Shown: piece by piece, positions 45,801 to 60,800 of the stretch
Position numbering within the stretch: position 1 is the first letter of the stretch
Layout: each line of letters starts with the position of its first letter
NCBI GenBank assembly: GCA_964057225.1
Contig: OZ059897.1
Coordinates: forward strand, 15,128,001-15,192,000
Direction of reading: 5' to 3'
DNA length: 64,000 nt
DNA from: Auanema rhodensis
Taxonomy: Eukaryota; Animalia; Nematoda
The notes under the pieces: model-generated
Seen by the model: the letters and a program-made list of their open reading frames with translations, nothing else
The model's database searches: none
Told to the model about the DNA's origin: nothing
Translations under genes and position numbers: made by a program

Positions 45801-48800
45801 GGAATTTCAGATTCTACACATCTGAATACCCAACCTCAAACTATTTTTATTAGATTTTAGTAAATGATTTTTGAGAAAATCGTTCATTCACCGGGCACAA
45901 CGTGACTACAGCCTGAACTTTTTTGTGAACAAATCTTGTGGATGGTCTCGGTATAAACCCCTTTTCCGGAAAAGGCAGAAGTCTTAGCCAAATCTCACTA
46001 GGAATTTCAGATTCTACACATCTGAATACCCAACCTCAAACTATTTTTATTAGATTTTAGTAAATGATTTTTGAGAAAAGCGTTCATTCACGGGGCACAA
46101 CGTGACTACAGCCTGAACTTTTTTGTGAACAAATCTTGTGGATGGTCTCGGTATAAACCCCTTTTCCGGAAAAGGCAGAAGTCTTAGCCAAATCTCACTA
46201 GGAATTTCAGATTCTACACATCTGAATACCCAACCTCAAACTATTTTTATTAGATTTTAGTAAATGATTTTTGAGAAAATCGTTCATTCACGGGGCACAA
46301 CGTGACTACAGCCTGAACTTTTTTGTGAACAAATCTTGTGGATGGTCTCGGTATAAACCCCTTTTCCGGAAAAGGCAGAAGTCTTAGCCAAATCTCACTA
46401 GGAATTTCAGATTCTACACATCTGAATACCCAACCTCAAACTATTTTTATTAGATTTTAGTAAATGATTTTTGAGAAAAGCGTTCATTCACGGGGCACAA
46501 CGTGACTACAGCCTGAACTTTTTTGTGAACAAATCTTGTGGATGGTCTCGGTATAAACCCCTTTTCCGGAAAAGGCAGAAGTCTTAGCCAAATCTCACTA
46601 GGAATTTCAGATTCTACACATCTGAATACCCAACCTCAAACTATTTTTATTAGATTTTAGTGAATGATTTTTGAGAAAAGCGTTCATTCACGGGGCACAA
46701 CGTGACTACAGCCTGAACTTTTTTGTGAACAAATCTTGTGGATGGTCTCGGTATAAATCCCTTTTCCGGAAAAGGCAGAAGTCTTAGCCAAATCTCACTA
46801 GGAATTTCAGATTCTACACATCTGAATACCCAACCTCAAACTATTTTTATTAGATTTTAGTAAATGATTTTTGAGAAAATCGTTCATTCACCGGGCACAA
46901 CGTGACTACAGCCTGAACTTTTTTGTGAACAAATCTTGTGGATGGTCTCGGTATAAACCCCTTTTCCGGAAAAGGCAGAAGTCTTAGCCAAATCTCACTA
47001 GGAATTTCAGATTCTACACATCTGAATACCCAACCTCAAACTATTTTTATTAGATTTTAGTGAATGATTTTTGAGAAAAGCGTTCATTCACGGGGCACAA
47101 CGTGACTACAGCCTGAACTTTTTTGTGAACAAATCTTGTGGATGGTCTCGGTATAAACCCCTTTTCCGGAAAAGGCAGAAGTCTTAGCCAAATCTCACTA
47201 GGAATTTCAGATTCTACACATCTGAATACCCAACCTCAAACTATTTTTATTAGATTTTAGTGAATGATTTTTGAGAAAAGCGTTCATTCACGGGGCACAA
47301 CGTGACTACAGCCTGAACTTTTTTGTGAACAAATCTTGTGGATGGTCTCGGTATAAACCCCTTTTCCGGAAAAGGCAGAAGTCTTAGCCAAATCTCACTA
47401 GGAATTTCAGATTCTACACATCTGAATACCCAACCTCAAACTATTTTTATTAGATTTTAGTAAATGATTTTTGAGAAAATCGTTCATTCACCGGGCACAA
47501 CGTGACTACAGCCTGAACTTTTTTGTGAACAAATCTTGTGGATGGTCTCGGTATAAACCCCTTTTCCGGAAAAGGCAGAAGTCTTAGCCAAATCTCACTA
47601 GGAATTTCAGATTCTACACATCTGAATACTCAACCTCAAACTATTTTTATTTGATTTTAGTAAATGATTTTTGAGAAAATCGTTCATTCACCGGGCACAA
47701 CGTGACTACAGCCTGAACTTTTTTGTGAACAAATCTTGTGGATGGTCTCGGTATAAACCCCTTTTCCGAAAAAGGCAGAAGTCTTAGCCAAATCTCAATA
47801 GGAATTTCAGATTCTACACATCTGAATACCCAACCTCAAAATATTTTTATTTGATTTTAGTAAATGATTTTTGAGAAAAGCGTTCATTCACGGGGCACAA
47901 CGTGACTACAGCCTGAACTTTTTTGTGAACAAATCTTGTGGATGGTCTCGGTATGAACCCCTTTTCCGAAAAAGGCAGAAGTCTTAGCCAAATCTCAATA
48001 GGAATTTCAGATTCTACACATCTGAATACTCAACCTCAAACTATTTTTATTTGATTTTAGTAAATGATTTTTGAGAAAAGCGTTCATTCACGGGGCACAA
48101 CGTGACTACAGCCTGAACTTTTTTGTGAACAAATCTTGTGGATGGTCTCGGTATAAACCTCATTTCCGGAAAAGGCAGAAGTCTTAGCCAAATCTCAATA
48201 GGAATTTCAGATTCTACACATCTGAATACTCAACCTCAAACTATTTTTATTTGATTTTAGTAAATGATTTTTGAGAAAATCGTTCATTCACCGGGCACAA
48301 CGTGACTACAGCCTGAACTTTTTTGTGAACAAACCTTGTGGATGGTCTCGGTATAAACCCCTTTTCCGAAAAAGGCAGAAGTCTTAGCCAAATCTCAATA
48401 GGAATTTCAGATTCTACACATCTGAATACCCAACCTCAAAATATTTTTATTTGATTTTAGTAAATGATTTTTGAGAAAAGCGTTCATTCACGGGGCACAA
48501 CGTGACTACAGCCTGAACTTTTTTGTGAACAAATCTTGTGGATGGTCTCGGTATGAACCCCTTTTCCGAAAAAGGCAGAAGTCTTAGCCAAATCTCAATA
48601 GGAATTTCAGATTCTACACATCTGAATACTCAACCTCAAACTATTTTTATTTGATTTTAGTAAATGATTTTTGAGAAAATCGTTCATTCACCGGGCACAA
48701 CGTGACTACAGCCTGAACTTTTTTGTGAACAAATCTTGTGGATGGTCTCGGTATGAACCCCTTTTCCGAAAAAGGCAGAAGTCTTAGCCAAATCTCAATA

Positions 48801-51800
48801 GGAATTTCAGATTCTACACATCTGAATACTCAACCTCAAACTATTTTTATTTGATTTTAGTAAATGATTTTTGAGAAAAGCGTTCATTCACGGGGCACAA
48901 CGTGACTACAGCCTGAACTTTTTTGTGAACAAATCTTGTGGATGGTCTCGGTATAAACCCCTTTTCCGGAAAAGGCAGAAGTCTTAGCCAAATCTCACTA
49001 GGAATTTCAGATTCTACACATCTGAATACCCAACCTCAAACTATTTTTATTAGATTTTAGTAAATGATTTTTGAGAAAATCGTTCATTCACCGGGCACAA
49101 CGTGACTACAGCCTGAACTTTTTTGTGAACAAATCTTGTGGATGGTCTCGGTATAAACCCCTTTTCCGGAAAAGGCAGAAGTCTTAGCCAAATCTCACTA
49201 GGAATTTCAGATTCTACACATCTGAATACTCAACCTCAAACTATTTTTATTAGATTTTAGTAAATGATTTTTGAGAAAATCGTTCATTCACCGGGCACAA
49301 CGTGACTACAGCCTGAACTTTTTTGTGAACAAATCTTGTGGATGGTCTCGGTATAAACCCCTTTTCCGGAAAAGGCAGAAGTCTTAGCCAAATCTCACTA
49401 GGAATTTCAGATTCTACACATCTGAATACTCAACCTCAAACTATTTTTATTAGATTTTAGTAAATGATTTTTGAGAAAATCGTTCATTCACCGGGCACAA
49501 CGTGACTACAGCCTGAACTTTTTTGTGAACAAATCTTGTGGATGGTCTCGGTATAAACCCCTTTTCCGGAAAAGGCAGAAGTCTTAGCCAAATCTCACTA
49601 GGAATTTCAGATTCTACACATCTGAATACCCAACCTCAAACTATTTTTATTAGATTTTAGTGAATGATTTTTGAGAAAAGCGTTCATTCACGGGGCACAA
49701 CGTGACTACAGCCTGAACTTTTTTGTGAACAAATCTTGTGGATGGTCTCGGTATAAACCCCTTTTCCGGAAAAGGCAGAAGTCTTAGCCAAATCTCACTA
49801 GGAATTTCAGATTCTACACATCTGAATACTCAACCTCAAACTATTTTTATTAGATTTTAGTAAATGATTTTTGAGAAAATCGTTCATTCACCGGGCACAA
49901 CGTGACTACAGCCTGAACTTTTTTGTGAACAAATCTTGTGGATGGTCTCGGTATAAACCCCTTTTCCGGAAAAGGCAGAAGTCTTAGCCAAATCTCACTA
50001 GGAATTTCAGATTCTACACATCTGAATACCCAACCTCAAACTATTTTTATTAGATTTTAGTGAATGATTTTTGAGAAAAGCGTTCATTCACGGGGCACAA
50101 CGTGACTACAGCCTGAACTTTTTTGTGAACAAATCTTGTGGATGGTCTCGGTATAAACCCCTTTTCCGGAAAAGGCAGAAGTCTTAGCCAAATCTCACTA
50201 GGAATTTCAGATTCTACACATCTGAATACCCAACCTCAAACTATTTTTATTAGATTTTAGTGAATGATTTTTGAGAAAAGCGTTCATTCACGGGGCACAA
50301 CGTGACTACAGCCTGAACTTTTTTGTGAACAAATCTTGTGGATGGTCTCGGTATAAACCCCTTTTCCGGAAAAGGCAGAAGTCTTAGCCAAATCTCACTA
50401 GGAATTTCAGATTCTACACATCTGAATACCCAACCTCAAACTATTTTTATTAGATTTTAGTGAATGATTTTTGAGAAAAGCGTTCATTCACGGGGCACAA
50501 CGTGACTACAGCCTGAACTTTTTTGTGAACAAATCTTGTGGATGGTCTCGGTATAAATCCCTTTTCCGGAAAAGGCAGAAGTCTTAGCCAAATCTCACTA
50601 GGAATTTCAGATTCTACACATCTGAATACCCAACCTCAAACTATTTTTATTAGATTTTAGTAAATGATTTTTGAGAAAATCGTTCATTCACCGGGCACAA
50701 CGTGACTACAGCCTGAACATTTTTGTGAACAAATCTTGTGGATGGTCTCGGTATAAACCCCTTTTCCGGAAAAGGCAGAAGTCTTAGCCAAATCTCGCTA
50801 GGAATTTCAGATTCTACACATCTGAATACCCAACCTCAAACTATTTTTATTAGATTTTAGTAAATGATTTTTGAGAAAAGCGTTCATTCACGGGGCACAA
50901 CGTGACTACAGCCTGAACTTTTTTGTGAACAAATCTTGTGGATGGTCTCGGTATAAACCCCTTTTCCGGAAAAGGCAGAAGTCTTAGCCAAATCTCGCTA
51001 GGAATTTCAGATTCTACACATCTGAATACCCAACCTCAAACTATTTTTATTAGATTTTAGTGAATGATTTTTGAGAAAAGCGTTCATTCACGGGGCACAA
51101 CGTGACTACAGCCTGAACTTTTTTGTGAACAAATCTTGTGGATGGTCTCGGTATAAACCCCTTTTCCGGAAAAGGCAGAAGTCTTAGCCAAATCTCACTA
51201 GGAATTTCAGATTCTACACATCTGAATACCCAACCTCAAACTATTTTTATTAGATTTTAGTGAATGATTTTTGAGAAAAGCGTTCATTCACGGGGCACAA
51301 CGTGACTACAGCCTGAACTTTTTTGTGAACAAATCTTGTGGATGGTCTCGGTATAAACCCCTTTTCCGGAAAAGGCAGAAGTCTTAGCCAAATCTCACTA
51401 GGAATTTCAGATTCTACACATCTGAATACCCAACCTCAAACTATTTTTATTAGATTTTAGTAAATGATTTTTGAGAAAATCGTTCATTCACCGGGCACAA
51501 CGTGACTACAGCCTGAACTTTTTTGTGAACAAATCTTGTGGATGGTCTCGGTATAAACCCCTTTTCCGGAAAAGGCAGAAGTCTTAGCCAAATCTCACTA
51601 GGAATTTCAGATTCTACACATCTGAATACTCAACCTCAAACTATTTTTATTTGATTTTAGTAAATGATTTTTGAGAAAAGCGTTCATTCACGGGGCACAA
51701 CGTGACTACAGCCTGAACTTTTTTGTGAACAAATCTTGTGGATGGTCTCGGTATGAACCCCTTTTCCGGAAAAGGCAGAAGTCTTAGCCAAATCTCACTA

Positions 51801-54800
51801 GGAATTTCAGATTCTACACATCTGAATACTCAACCTCAAACTATTTTTATTAGATTTTAGTAAATGATTTTTGAGAAAATCGTTCATTCACCGGGCACAA
51901 CGTGACTACAGCCTGAACTTTTTTGTGAACAAATCTTGTGGATGGTCTCGGTATAAACCCCTTTTCCGGAAAAGGCAGAAGTCTTAGCCAAATCTCACTA
52001 GGAATTTCAGATTCTACACATCTGAATAGCCAACCTCAAACTATTTTTATTAGATTTTAGTGAATGATTTTTGAGAAAAGCGTTCATTCACGGGGCACAA
52101 CGTGACTACAGCCTGAACTTTTTTGTGAACAAATCTTGTGGATGGTCTCGGTATAAACCCCTTTTCCGGAAAAGGCAGAAGTCTTAGCCAAATCTCACTA
52201 GGAATTTCAGATTCTACACATCTGAATACTCAACCTCAAACTATTTTTATTTGATTTTAGTAAATGATTTTTGAGAAAATCGTTCATTCACCGGGCACAA
52301 CGTGACTACAGCCTGAACTTTTTTGTGAACAAATCTTGTGGATGGTCTCGGTATGAACCCCTTTTCCGGAAAAGGCAGAAGTCTTAGCCAAATCTCACTA
52401 GGAATTTCAGATTCTACACATCTGAATACTCAACCTCAAACTATTTTTATTTGATTTTAGTAAATGATTTTTGAGAAAATCGTTCATTCACCGGGCACAA
52501 CGTGACTACAGCCTGAACTTTTTTGTGAACAAATCTTGTGGATGGTCTCGGTATGAACCTCATTTCCGGAAAAGGCAGAAGTCTTAGCCAAATCTCACTA
52601 GGAATTTCAGATTCTACACATCTGAATACTCAACCTCAAACTATTTTTATTAGATTTTAGTAAATGATTTTTGAGAAAATCGTTCATTCACCGGGCACAA
52701 CGTGACTACAGCCTGAACTTTTTTGTGAACAAATCTTGTGGATGGTCTCGGTATGAACCTCATTTCCGGAAAAGGCAGAAGTCTTAGCCAAATCTCACTA
52801 GGAATTTCAGATTCTACACATCTGAATACTCAACCTCAAACTATTTTTATTAGATTTTAGTAAATGATTTTTGAGAAAATCGTTCATTCACCGGGCACAA
52901 CGTGACTACAGCCTGAACTTTTTTGTGAACAAATCTTGTGGATGGTCTCGGTATGAACCTCATTTCCGGAAAAGGCAGAAGTCTTAGCCAAATCTCACTA
53001 GGAATTTCAGATTCTACACATCTGAATACTCAACCTCAAACTATTTTTATTAGATTTTAGTGAATGATTTTTGAGAAAATCGTTCATTCACCGGGCACAA
53101 CGTGACTACAGCCTGAACTTTTTTGTGAACAAATCTTGTGGATGGTCTCGGTATAAACCCCTTTTCCGGAAAAGGCAGAAGTCTTAGCCAAATCTCACTA
53201 GGAATTTCAGATTCTACACATCTGAATACTCAACCTCAAACTATTTTTATTTAATTTTAGTAAATGATTTTTGAGAAAATCGTTCATTCACGGGGCACAA
53301 CGTGACTACAGCCTGAACTTTTTTGTGAACAAATCTTGTGGATGGTCTCGGTATAAACCCCTTTTCCGGAAAAGGCAGAAGTCTTAGCCAAATCTCACTA
53401 GGAATTTCAGATTCTACACATCTGAATACTCAACCTCAAACTATTTTTATTTAATTTTAGTAAATGATTTTTGAGAAAATCGTTCATTCACGGGGCACAA
53501 CGTGACTACAGCCTGAACTTTTTTGTGAACAAATCTTGTGGATGGTCTCGGTATAAACCCCTTTTCCGGAAAAGGCAGAAGTCTTAGCCAAATCTCACTA
53601 GGAATTTCAGATTCTACACATCTGAATACTCAACCTCAAACTATTTTTTTTTGATTTTAGTAAATGATTTTTGAGAAAATCGTTCATTCACCGGGCACAA
53701 CGTGACTACAGCCTGAACTTTTTTGTGAACAAATCTTGTGGATGGTCTCGGTATAAACCCCTTTTCCGGAAAAGGCAGAAGTCTTAGCCAAATCTCACTA
53801 GGAATTTCAGATTCTACACATCTGAATACTCAACCTCAAACTATTTTTATTTAATTTTAGTAAATGATTTTTGAGAAAATCGTTCATTCACGGGGCACAA
53901 CGTGACTACAGCCTGAACTTTTTTGTGAACAAATCTTGTGGATGGTCTCGGTATAAACCCCTTTTCCGGAAAAGGCAGAAGTCTTAGCCAAATCTCACTA
54001 GGAATTTCAGATTCTACACATCTGAATACTCAACCTCAAACTATTTTTATTAGATTTTAGTGAATGATTTTTGAGAAAATCGTTCATTCACCGGGCACAA
54101 CGTGACTACAGCCTGACTAAAAACTACTCACTAGGAATTTCAGATTCTACACATCTGAATACTCAACCTCAAACTATTTTTAATTGAATTTAGTGAATGA
54201 TTTTTGAGAAAATCGTTCATTCACCGGGCACAACGTGACTACAGCCTGAACTTTTTTGTGAACAAATCTTGTGGATGGTCTCGGTATGATCCTCATTTCC
54301 GGAAAAGGCAGAAGTCTTAGCCAAATCTCACTAGGAATTTCAGATTCTACACATCTGAATACTCAACCTCAAACTATTTTTATTTGATTTTAGTAAATGA
54401 TTTTTGAGAAAATCGTTCATTCACCGGGCACAACGTGACTACAGCCTGAACTTTTTTGTGAACAAATCTTGTGGATGGTCTCGGTATGATCCTCATTTCC
54501 GGAAAAGGCAGAAGTCTTAGCCAAATCTCACTAGGAATTTCAGATTCTACACATCTGAATACTCAACCTCAAACTATTTTTAATTGAATTTAGTGAATGA
54601 TTTTTGAGAAAATCGTTCATTCACCGGGCACAACGTGACTACAGCCTGAACTTTTTTGTGAACAAATCTTGTGGATGGTCTCGGTATAAACCCCTTTTCC
54701 GGAAAAGGCAGAAGTCTTAGCCAAATCTCACTAGGAATTTCAGATTCTACACATCTGAATACTCAACCTCAAACTATTTTTAATTGAATTTAGTGAATGA

Positions 54801-57800
54801 TTTTTGAGAAAATCGTTCATTCACCGGGCACAACGTGACTACAGCCTGAACTTTTTTGTGAACAAATCTTGTGGATGGTCTCGGTATGATCCTCATTTCC
54901 GGAAAAGGCAGAAGTCTTAGCCAAATCTCACTAGGAATTTCAGATTCTACACATCTGAATACTCAACCTCAAACTATTTTTAATTGATTTTAGTGAATGA
55001 TTTTTGAGAAAATCGTTCATTCACCGGGCACAACGTGACTACAGCCTGAACTTTTTTGTGAACAAATCTTGTGGATGGTCTCGGTATAAACCCCTTTTCC
55101 GGAAAAGGCAGAAGTCTTAGCCAAATCTCACTAGGAATTTCAGATTCTACACATCTGAATACTCAACCTCAAACTATTTTTATTAGATTTTAGTAAATGA
55201 TTTTTGAGAAAAGCGTTCATTCACCGGGCACAACGTGACTACAGCCTGAACTTTTTTGTGAACAAATCTTGTGGATGGTCTCGGTATGAACCTCATTTCC
55301 GGAAAAGGCAGAAGTCTTAGCCAAATCTCACTAGGAATTTCAGATTCTACACATCTGAATACCCAACCTCAAACTATTTTTATTAGATTTTAGTGAATGA
55401 TTTTTGAGAAAATCGTTCATTCACCGGGCACAACGTGACTACAGCCTGAACTTTTTTGTGAACAAATCTTGTGGATGGTCTCGGTATGATCCTCATTTCC
55501 GGAAAAGGCAGAAGTCTTAGCCAAATCTCACTAGGAATTTCAGATTCTACACATCTGAATACCCAACCTCAAACTATTTTTATTAGATTTTAGTGAATGA
55601 TTTTTGAGAAAAGCGTTCATTCACGGGGCACAACGTGACTACAGCCTGAACTTTTTTGTGAACAAATCTTGTGGATGGTCTCGGTATGAACCTCATTTCC
55701 GGAAAAGGCAGAAGTCTTAGCCAAATCTCACTAGGAATTTCAGATTCTACACATCTGAATACCCAACCTCAAACTATTTTTATTAGATTTTAGTGAATGA
55801 TTTTTGAGAAAAGCGTTCATTCACGGGGCACAACGTGACTACAGCCTGAACTTTTTTGTGAACAAATCTTGTGGATGGTCTCGGTATGAACCTCATTTCC
55901 GGAAAAGGCAGAAGTCTTAGCCAAATCTCACTAGGAATTTCAGATTCTACACATCTGAATACCCAACCTCAAACTATTTTTATTAGATTTTAGTGAATGA
56001 TTTTTGAGAAAAGCGTTCATTCACGGGGCACAACGTGACTACAGCCTGAACTTTTTTGTGAACAAATCTTGTGGATGGTCTCGGTATGAACCTCATTTCC
56101 GGAAAAGGCAGAAGTCTTAGCCAAATCTCACTAGGAATTTCAGATTCTACACATCTGAATACCCAACCTCAAACTATTTTTATTAGATTTTAGTGAATGA
56201 TTTTTGAGAAAAGCGTTCATTCACGGGGCACAACGTGACTACAGCCTGAACTTTTTTGTGAACAAATCTTGTGGATGGTCTCGGTATGAACCTCATTTCC
56301 GGAAAAGGCAGAAGTCTTAGCCAAATCTCACTAGGAATTTCAGATTCTACACATCTGAATACCCAACCTCAAACTATTTTTATTAGATTTTAGTGAATGA
56401 TTTTTGAGAAAAGCGTTCATTCACGGGGCACAACGTGACTACAGCCTGAACTTTTTTGTGAACAAATCTTGTGGATGGTCTCGGTATGAACCTCATTTCC
56501 GGAAAAGGCAGAAGTCTTAGCCAAATCTCACTAGGAATTTCAGATTCTACACATCTGAATACCCAACCTCAAACTATTTTTATTAGATTTTAGTGAATGA
56601 TTTTTGAGAAAAGCGTTCATTCACGGGGCACAACGTGACTACAGCCTGAACTTTTTTGTGAACAAATCTTGTGGATGGTCTCGGTATGAACCTCATTTCC
56701 GGAAAAGGCAGAAGTCTTAGCCAAATCTCACTAGGAATTTCAGATTCTACACATCTGAATACCCAACCTCAAACTATTTTTATTAGATTTTAGTGAATGA
56801 TTTTTGAGAAAATCGTTCATTCACCGGGCACAACGTGACTACAGCCTGAACTTTTTTGTGAACAAATCTTGTGGATGGTCTCGGTATGAACCTCATTTCC
56901 GGAAAAGGCAGAAGTCTTAGCCAAATCTCACTAGGAATTTCAGATTCTACACATCTGAATACTCAACCTCAAACTATTTTTATTAGATTTTAGTGAATGA
57001 TTTTTGAGAAAAGCGTTCATTCACCGGGCACAACGTGACTACAGCCTGAACTTTTTTGTGAACAAATCTTGTGGATGGTCTCGGTATAAACCCCTTTTCC
57101 GGAAAAGGCAGAAGTCTTAGCCAAATCTCACTAGGAATTTCAGATTCTACACATCTGAATACTCAACCTCAAACTATTTTTATTAGATTTTAGTAAATGA
57201 TTTTTGAGAAAATCGTTCATTCACCGGGCACAACGTGACTACAGCCTGAACTTTTTTGTGAACAAATCTTGTGGATGGTCTCGGTATGAACCTCATTTCC
57301 GGAAAAGGCAGAAGTCTTAGCCAAATCTCACTAGGAATTTCAGATTCTACACATCTGAATACCCAACCTCAAACTATTTTAATTAGATTTTAGTGAATGA
57401 TTTTTGAGAAAATCGTTCATTCACCGGGCACAACGTGACTACAGCCTGAACTTTTTTGTGAACAAATCTTGTGGATGGTCTCGGTATAAACCCCTTTTCC
57501 GGAAAAGGCAGAAGTCTTAGCCAAATCTCACTAGGAATTTCAGATTCTACACATCTGAATACCCAACCTCAAACTATTTTTATTTGATTTTAGTAAATGA
57601 TTTTTGAGAAAATCGTTCATTCACGGGGCACAACGTGACTACAGCCTGAACTTTTTTGTGAACAAATCTTGTGGATGGTCTCGGTATAAACCCCATTTCC
57701 GGAAAAAGCAGAAGTCTTAGCCAAATCTCACTAGGAATTTCAGATTCTACACATCTGAATACCCAACCTCAAACTATTTTTATTAGATTTTAGTGAATGA

Positions 57801-60800
57801 TTTTTGAGAAAAGCGTTCATTCACCGGGCACAACGTGACTACAGCCTGAACTTTTTTGTGAACAAATCTTGTGGATGGTCTCGGTATAAACCCCATTTCC
57901 GGAAAAAGCAGAAGTCTTAGCCAAATCTCACTAGGAATTTCAGATTCTACACATCTGAATACCCAACCTCAAACTATTTTTATTAGATTTTAGTGAATGA
58001 TTTTTGAGAAAATCGTTCATTCACCGGGCACAACGTGACTACAGCCTGAACTTTTTTGTGAACAAATCTTGTGGATGGTCTCGGTATAAACCCCTTTTCC
58101 GGAAAAGGCAGAAGTCTTAGCCAAATCTCACTAGGAATTTCAGATTCTACACATCTGAATACTCAACCTCAAATTATTTTTATTAGATTTTAGTGAATGA
58201 TTTTTGAGAAAAGCGTTCATTCACCGGGCACAACGTGACTACAGCCTGAACTTTTTTGTGAACAAATCTTGTGGATGGTCTCGGTATGAACCTCATTTCC
58301 GGAAAAGGCAGAAGTCTTAGCCAAATCTCACTAGGAATTTCAGATTCTACACATCTGAATACCCAACCTCAAACTATTTTTATTAGATTTTAGTGAATGA
58401 TTTTTGAGAAAAGCGTTCATTCACGGGGCACAACGTGACTACAGCCTGAACTTTTTTGTGAACAAATCTTGTGGATGGTCTCGGTATGAACCTCATTTCC
58501 GGAAAAGGCAGCAGTCTTAGCCAAATCTCACTAGGAATTTCAGATTCTACACATCTGAATACCCAACCTCAAACTATTTTTATTAGATTTTAGTGAATGA
58601 TTTTTGAGAAAAGCGTTCATTCACGGGGCACAACGTGACTACAGCCTGAACTTTTTTGTGAACAAATCTTGTGGATGGTCTCGGTATAAACCCCTTTTCC
58701 GGAAAAGGCAGAAGTCTTAGCCAAATCTCACTAGGAATTTCAGATTCTACACATCTGAATACCCAACCTCAAACTATTTTTATTAGATTTTAGTGAATGA
58801 TTTTTGAGAAAATCGTTCATTCACCGGGCACAACGTGACTACAGCCTGAACTTTTTTGTGAACAAATCTTGTGGATGGTCTCGGTATGAACCTCATTTCC
58901 GGAAAAGGCAGAAGTCTTAGCCAAATCTCACTAGGAATTTCAGATTCTACACATCTGAATACCCAACCTCAAACTATTTTTATTAGATTTTAGTGAATGA
59001 TTTTTGAGAAAATCGTTCATTCACGGGGCACAACGTGACTACAGCCTGAACTTTTTTGTGAACAAATCTTGTGGATGGTCTCGGTATAAACCCCATTTCC
59101 GGAAAAAGCAGAAGTCTTAGCCAAATCTCACTAGGAATTTCAGATTCTACACATCTGAATACCCAACCTCAAACTATTTTTATTAGATTTTAGTGAATGA
59201 TTTTTGAGAAAATCGTTCATTCACGGGGCACAACGTGACTACAGCCTGAACTTTTTTGTGAACAAATCTTGTGGATGGTCTCGGTATGAACCTCATTTCC
59301 GGAAAAGGCAGAAGTCTTAGCCAAATCTCACTAGGAATTTCAGATTCTACACATCTGAATACTCAACCTCAAACTATTTTTGATTGATTTTAGTGAATGA
59401 TTTTTGAGAAAATCGTTCATTCACGGGGCACAACGTGACTACAGCCTGAACTTTTTTGTGAACAAATCTTGTGGATGGTCTCGGTATAAACCCCATTTCC
59501 GGAAAAAGCAGAAGTCTTAGCCAAATCTCACTAGGAATTTCAGATTCTACACATCTGAATACCCAACCTCAAACTATTTTTATTAGATTTTAGTGAATGA
59601 TTTTTGAGAAAATCGTTCATTCACGGGGCACAACGTGACTACAGCCTGAACTTTTTTGTGAACAAATCTTGTGGATGGTCTCGGTATGAACCTCATTTCC
59701 GGAAAAGGCAGAAGTCTTAGCCAAATCTCACTAGGAATTTCAGATTCTACACATCTGAATACCCAACCTCAAACTATTTTTATTAGATTTTAGTGAATGA
59801 TTTTTGAGAAAATCGTTCATTCACGGGGCACAACGTGACTACAGCCTGAACTTTTTTGTGAACAAATCTTGTGGATGGTCTCGGTATGAACCTCATTTCC
59901 GGAAAAGGCAGAAGTCTTAGCCAAATCTCACTAGGAATTTCAGATTCTACACATCTGAATACTCAACCTCAAACTATTTTTATTAGATTTTAGTGAATGA
60001 TTTTTGAGAAAAGCGTTCATTCACGGGGCACAACGTGACTACAGCCTGAACTTTTTTGTGAACAAATCTTGTGGATGGTCTCGGTATGAACCTCATTTCC
60101 GGAAAAGGCAGAAGTCTTAGCCAAATCTCACTAGGAATTTCAGATTCTACACATCTGAATACCCAACCTCAAACTATTTTTATTAGATTTTAGTGAATGA
60201 TTTTTGAGAAAAGCGTTCATTCACGGGGCACAACGTGACTACAGCCTGAACTTTTTTGTGAACAAATCTTGTGGATGGTCTCGGTATGAACCTCATTTCC
60301 GGAAAAGGCAGAAGTCTTAGCCAAATCTCACTAGGAATTTCAGATTCTACACATCTGAATACCCAACCTCAAACTATTTTTATTTGATTTTAGTAAATGA
60401 TTTTTGAGAAAATCGTTCATTCATCGGGCACAACGTGACTACAGCCTGAACTTTTTTGTGAACAAATCTTGTGGATGGTCTCGGTATAAACCCCATTTCC
60501 GGAAAAGGCAGAAGTCTTAGCCAAATCTCACTAGGAATTTCAGATTCTACACATCTGAATACTCAACCTCAAACTATTTTTATTAGATTTTAGTGAATGA
60601 TTTTTGAGAAAAGCGTTCATTCACGGGGCACAACGTGACTACAGCCTGAACTTTTTTGTGAACAAATCTTGTGGATGGTCTCGGTATAAACCCCATTTCC
60701 GGAAAAGGCAGAAGTCTTAGCCAAATCTCACTAGGAATTTCAGATTCTACACATCTGAATACCCAACCTCAAACTATTTTTATTAGATTTTAGTGAATGA

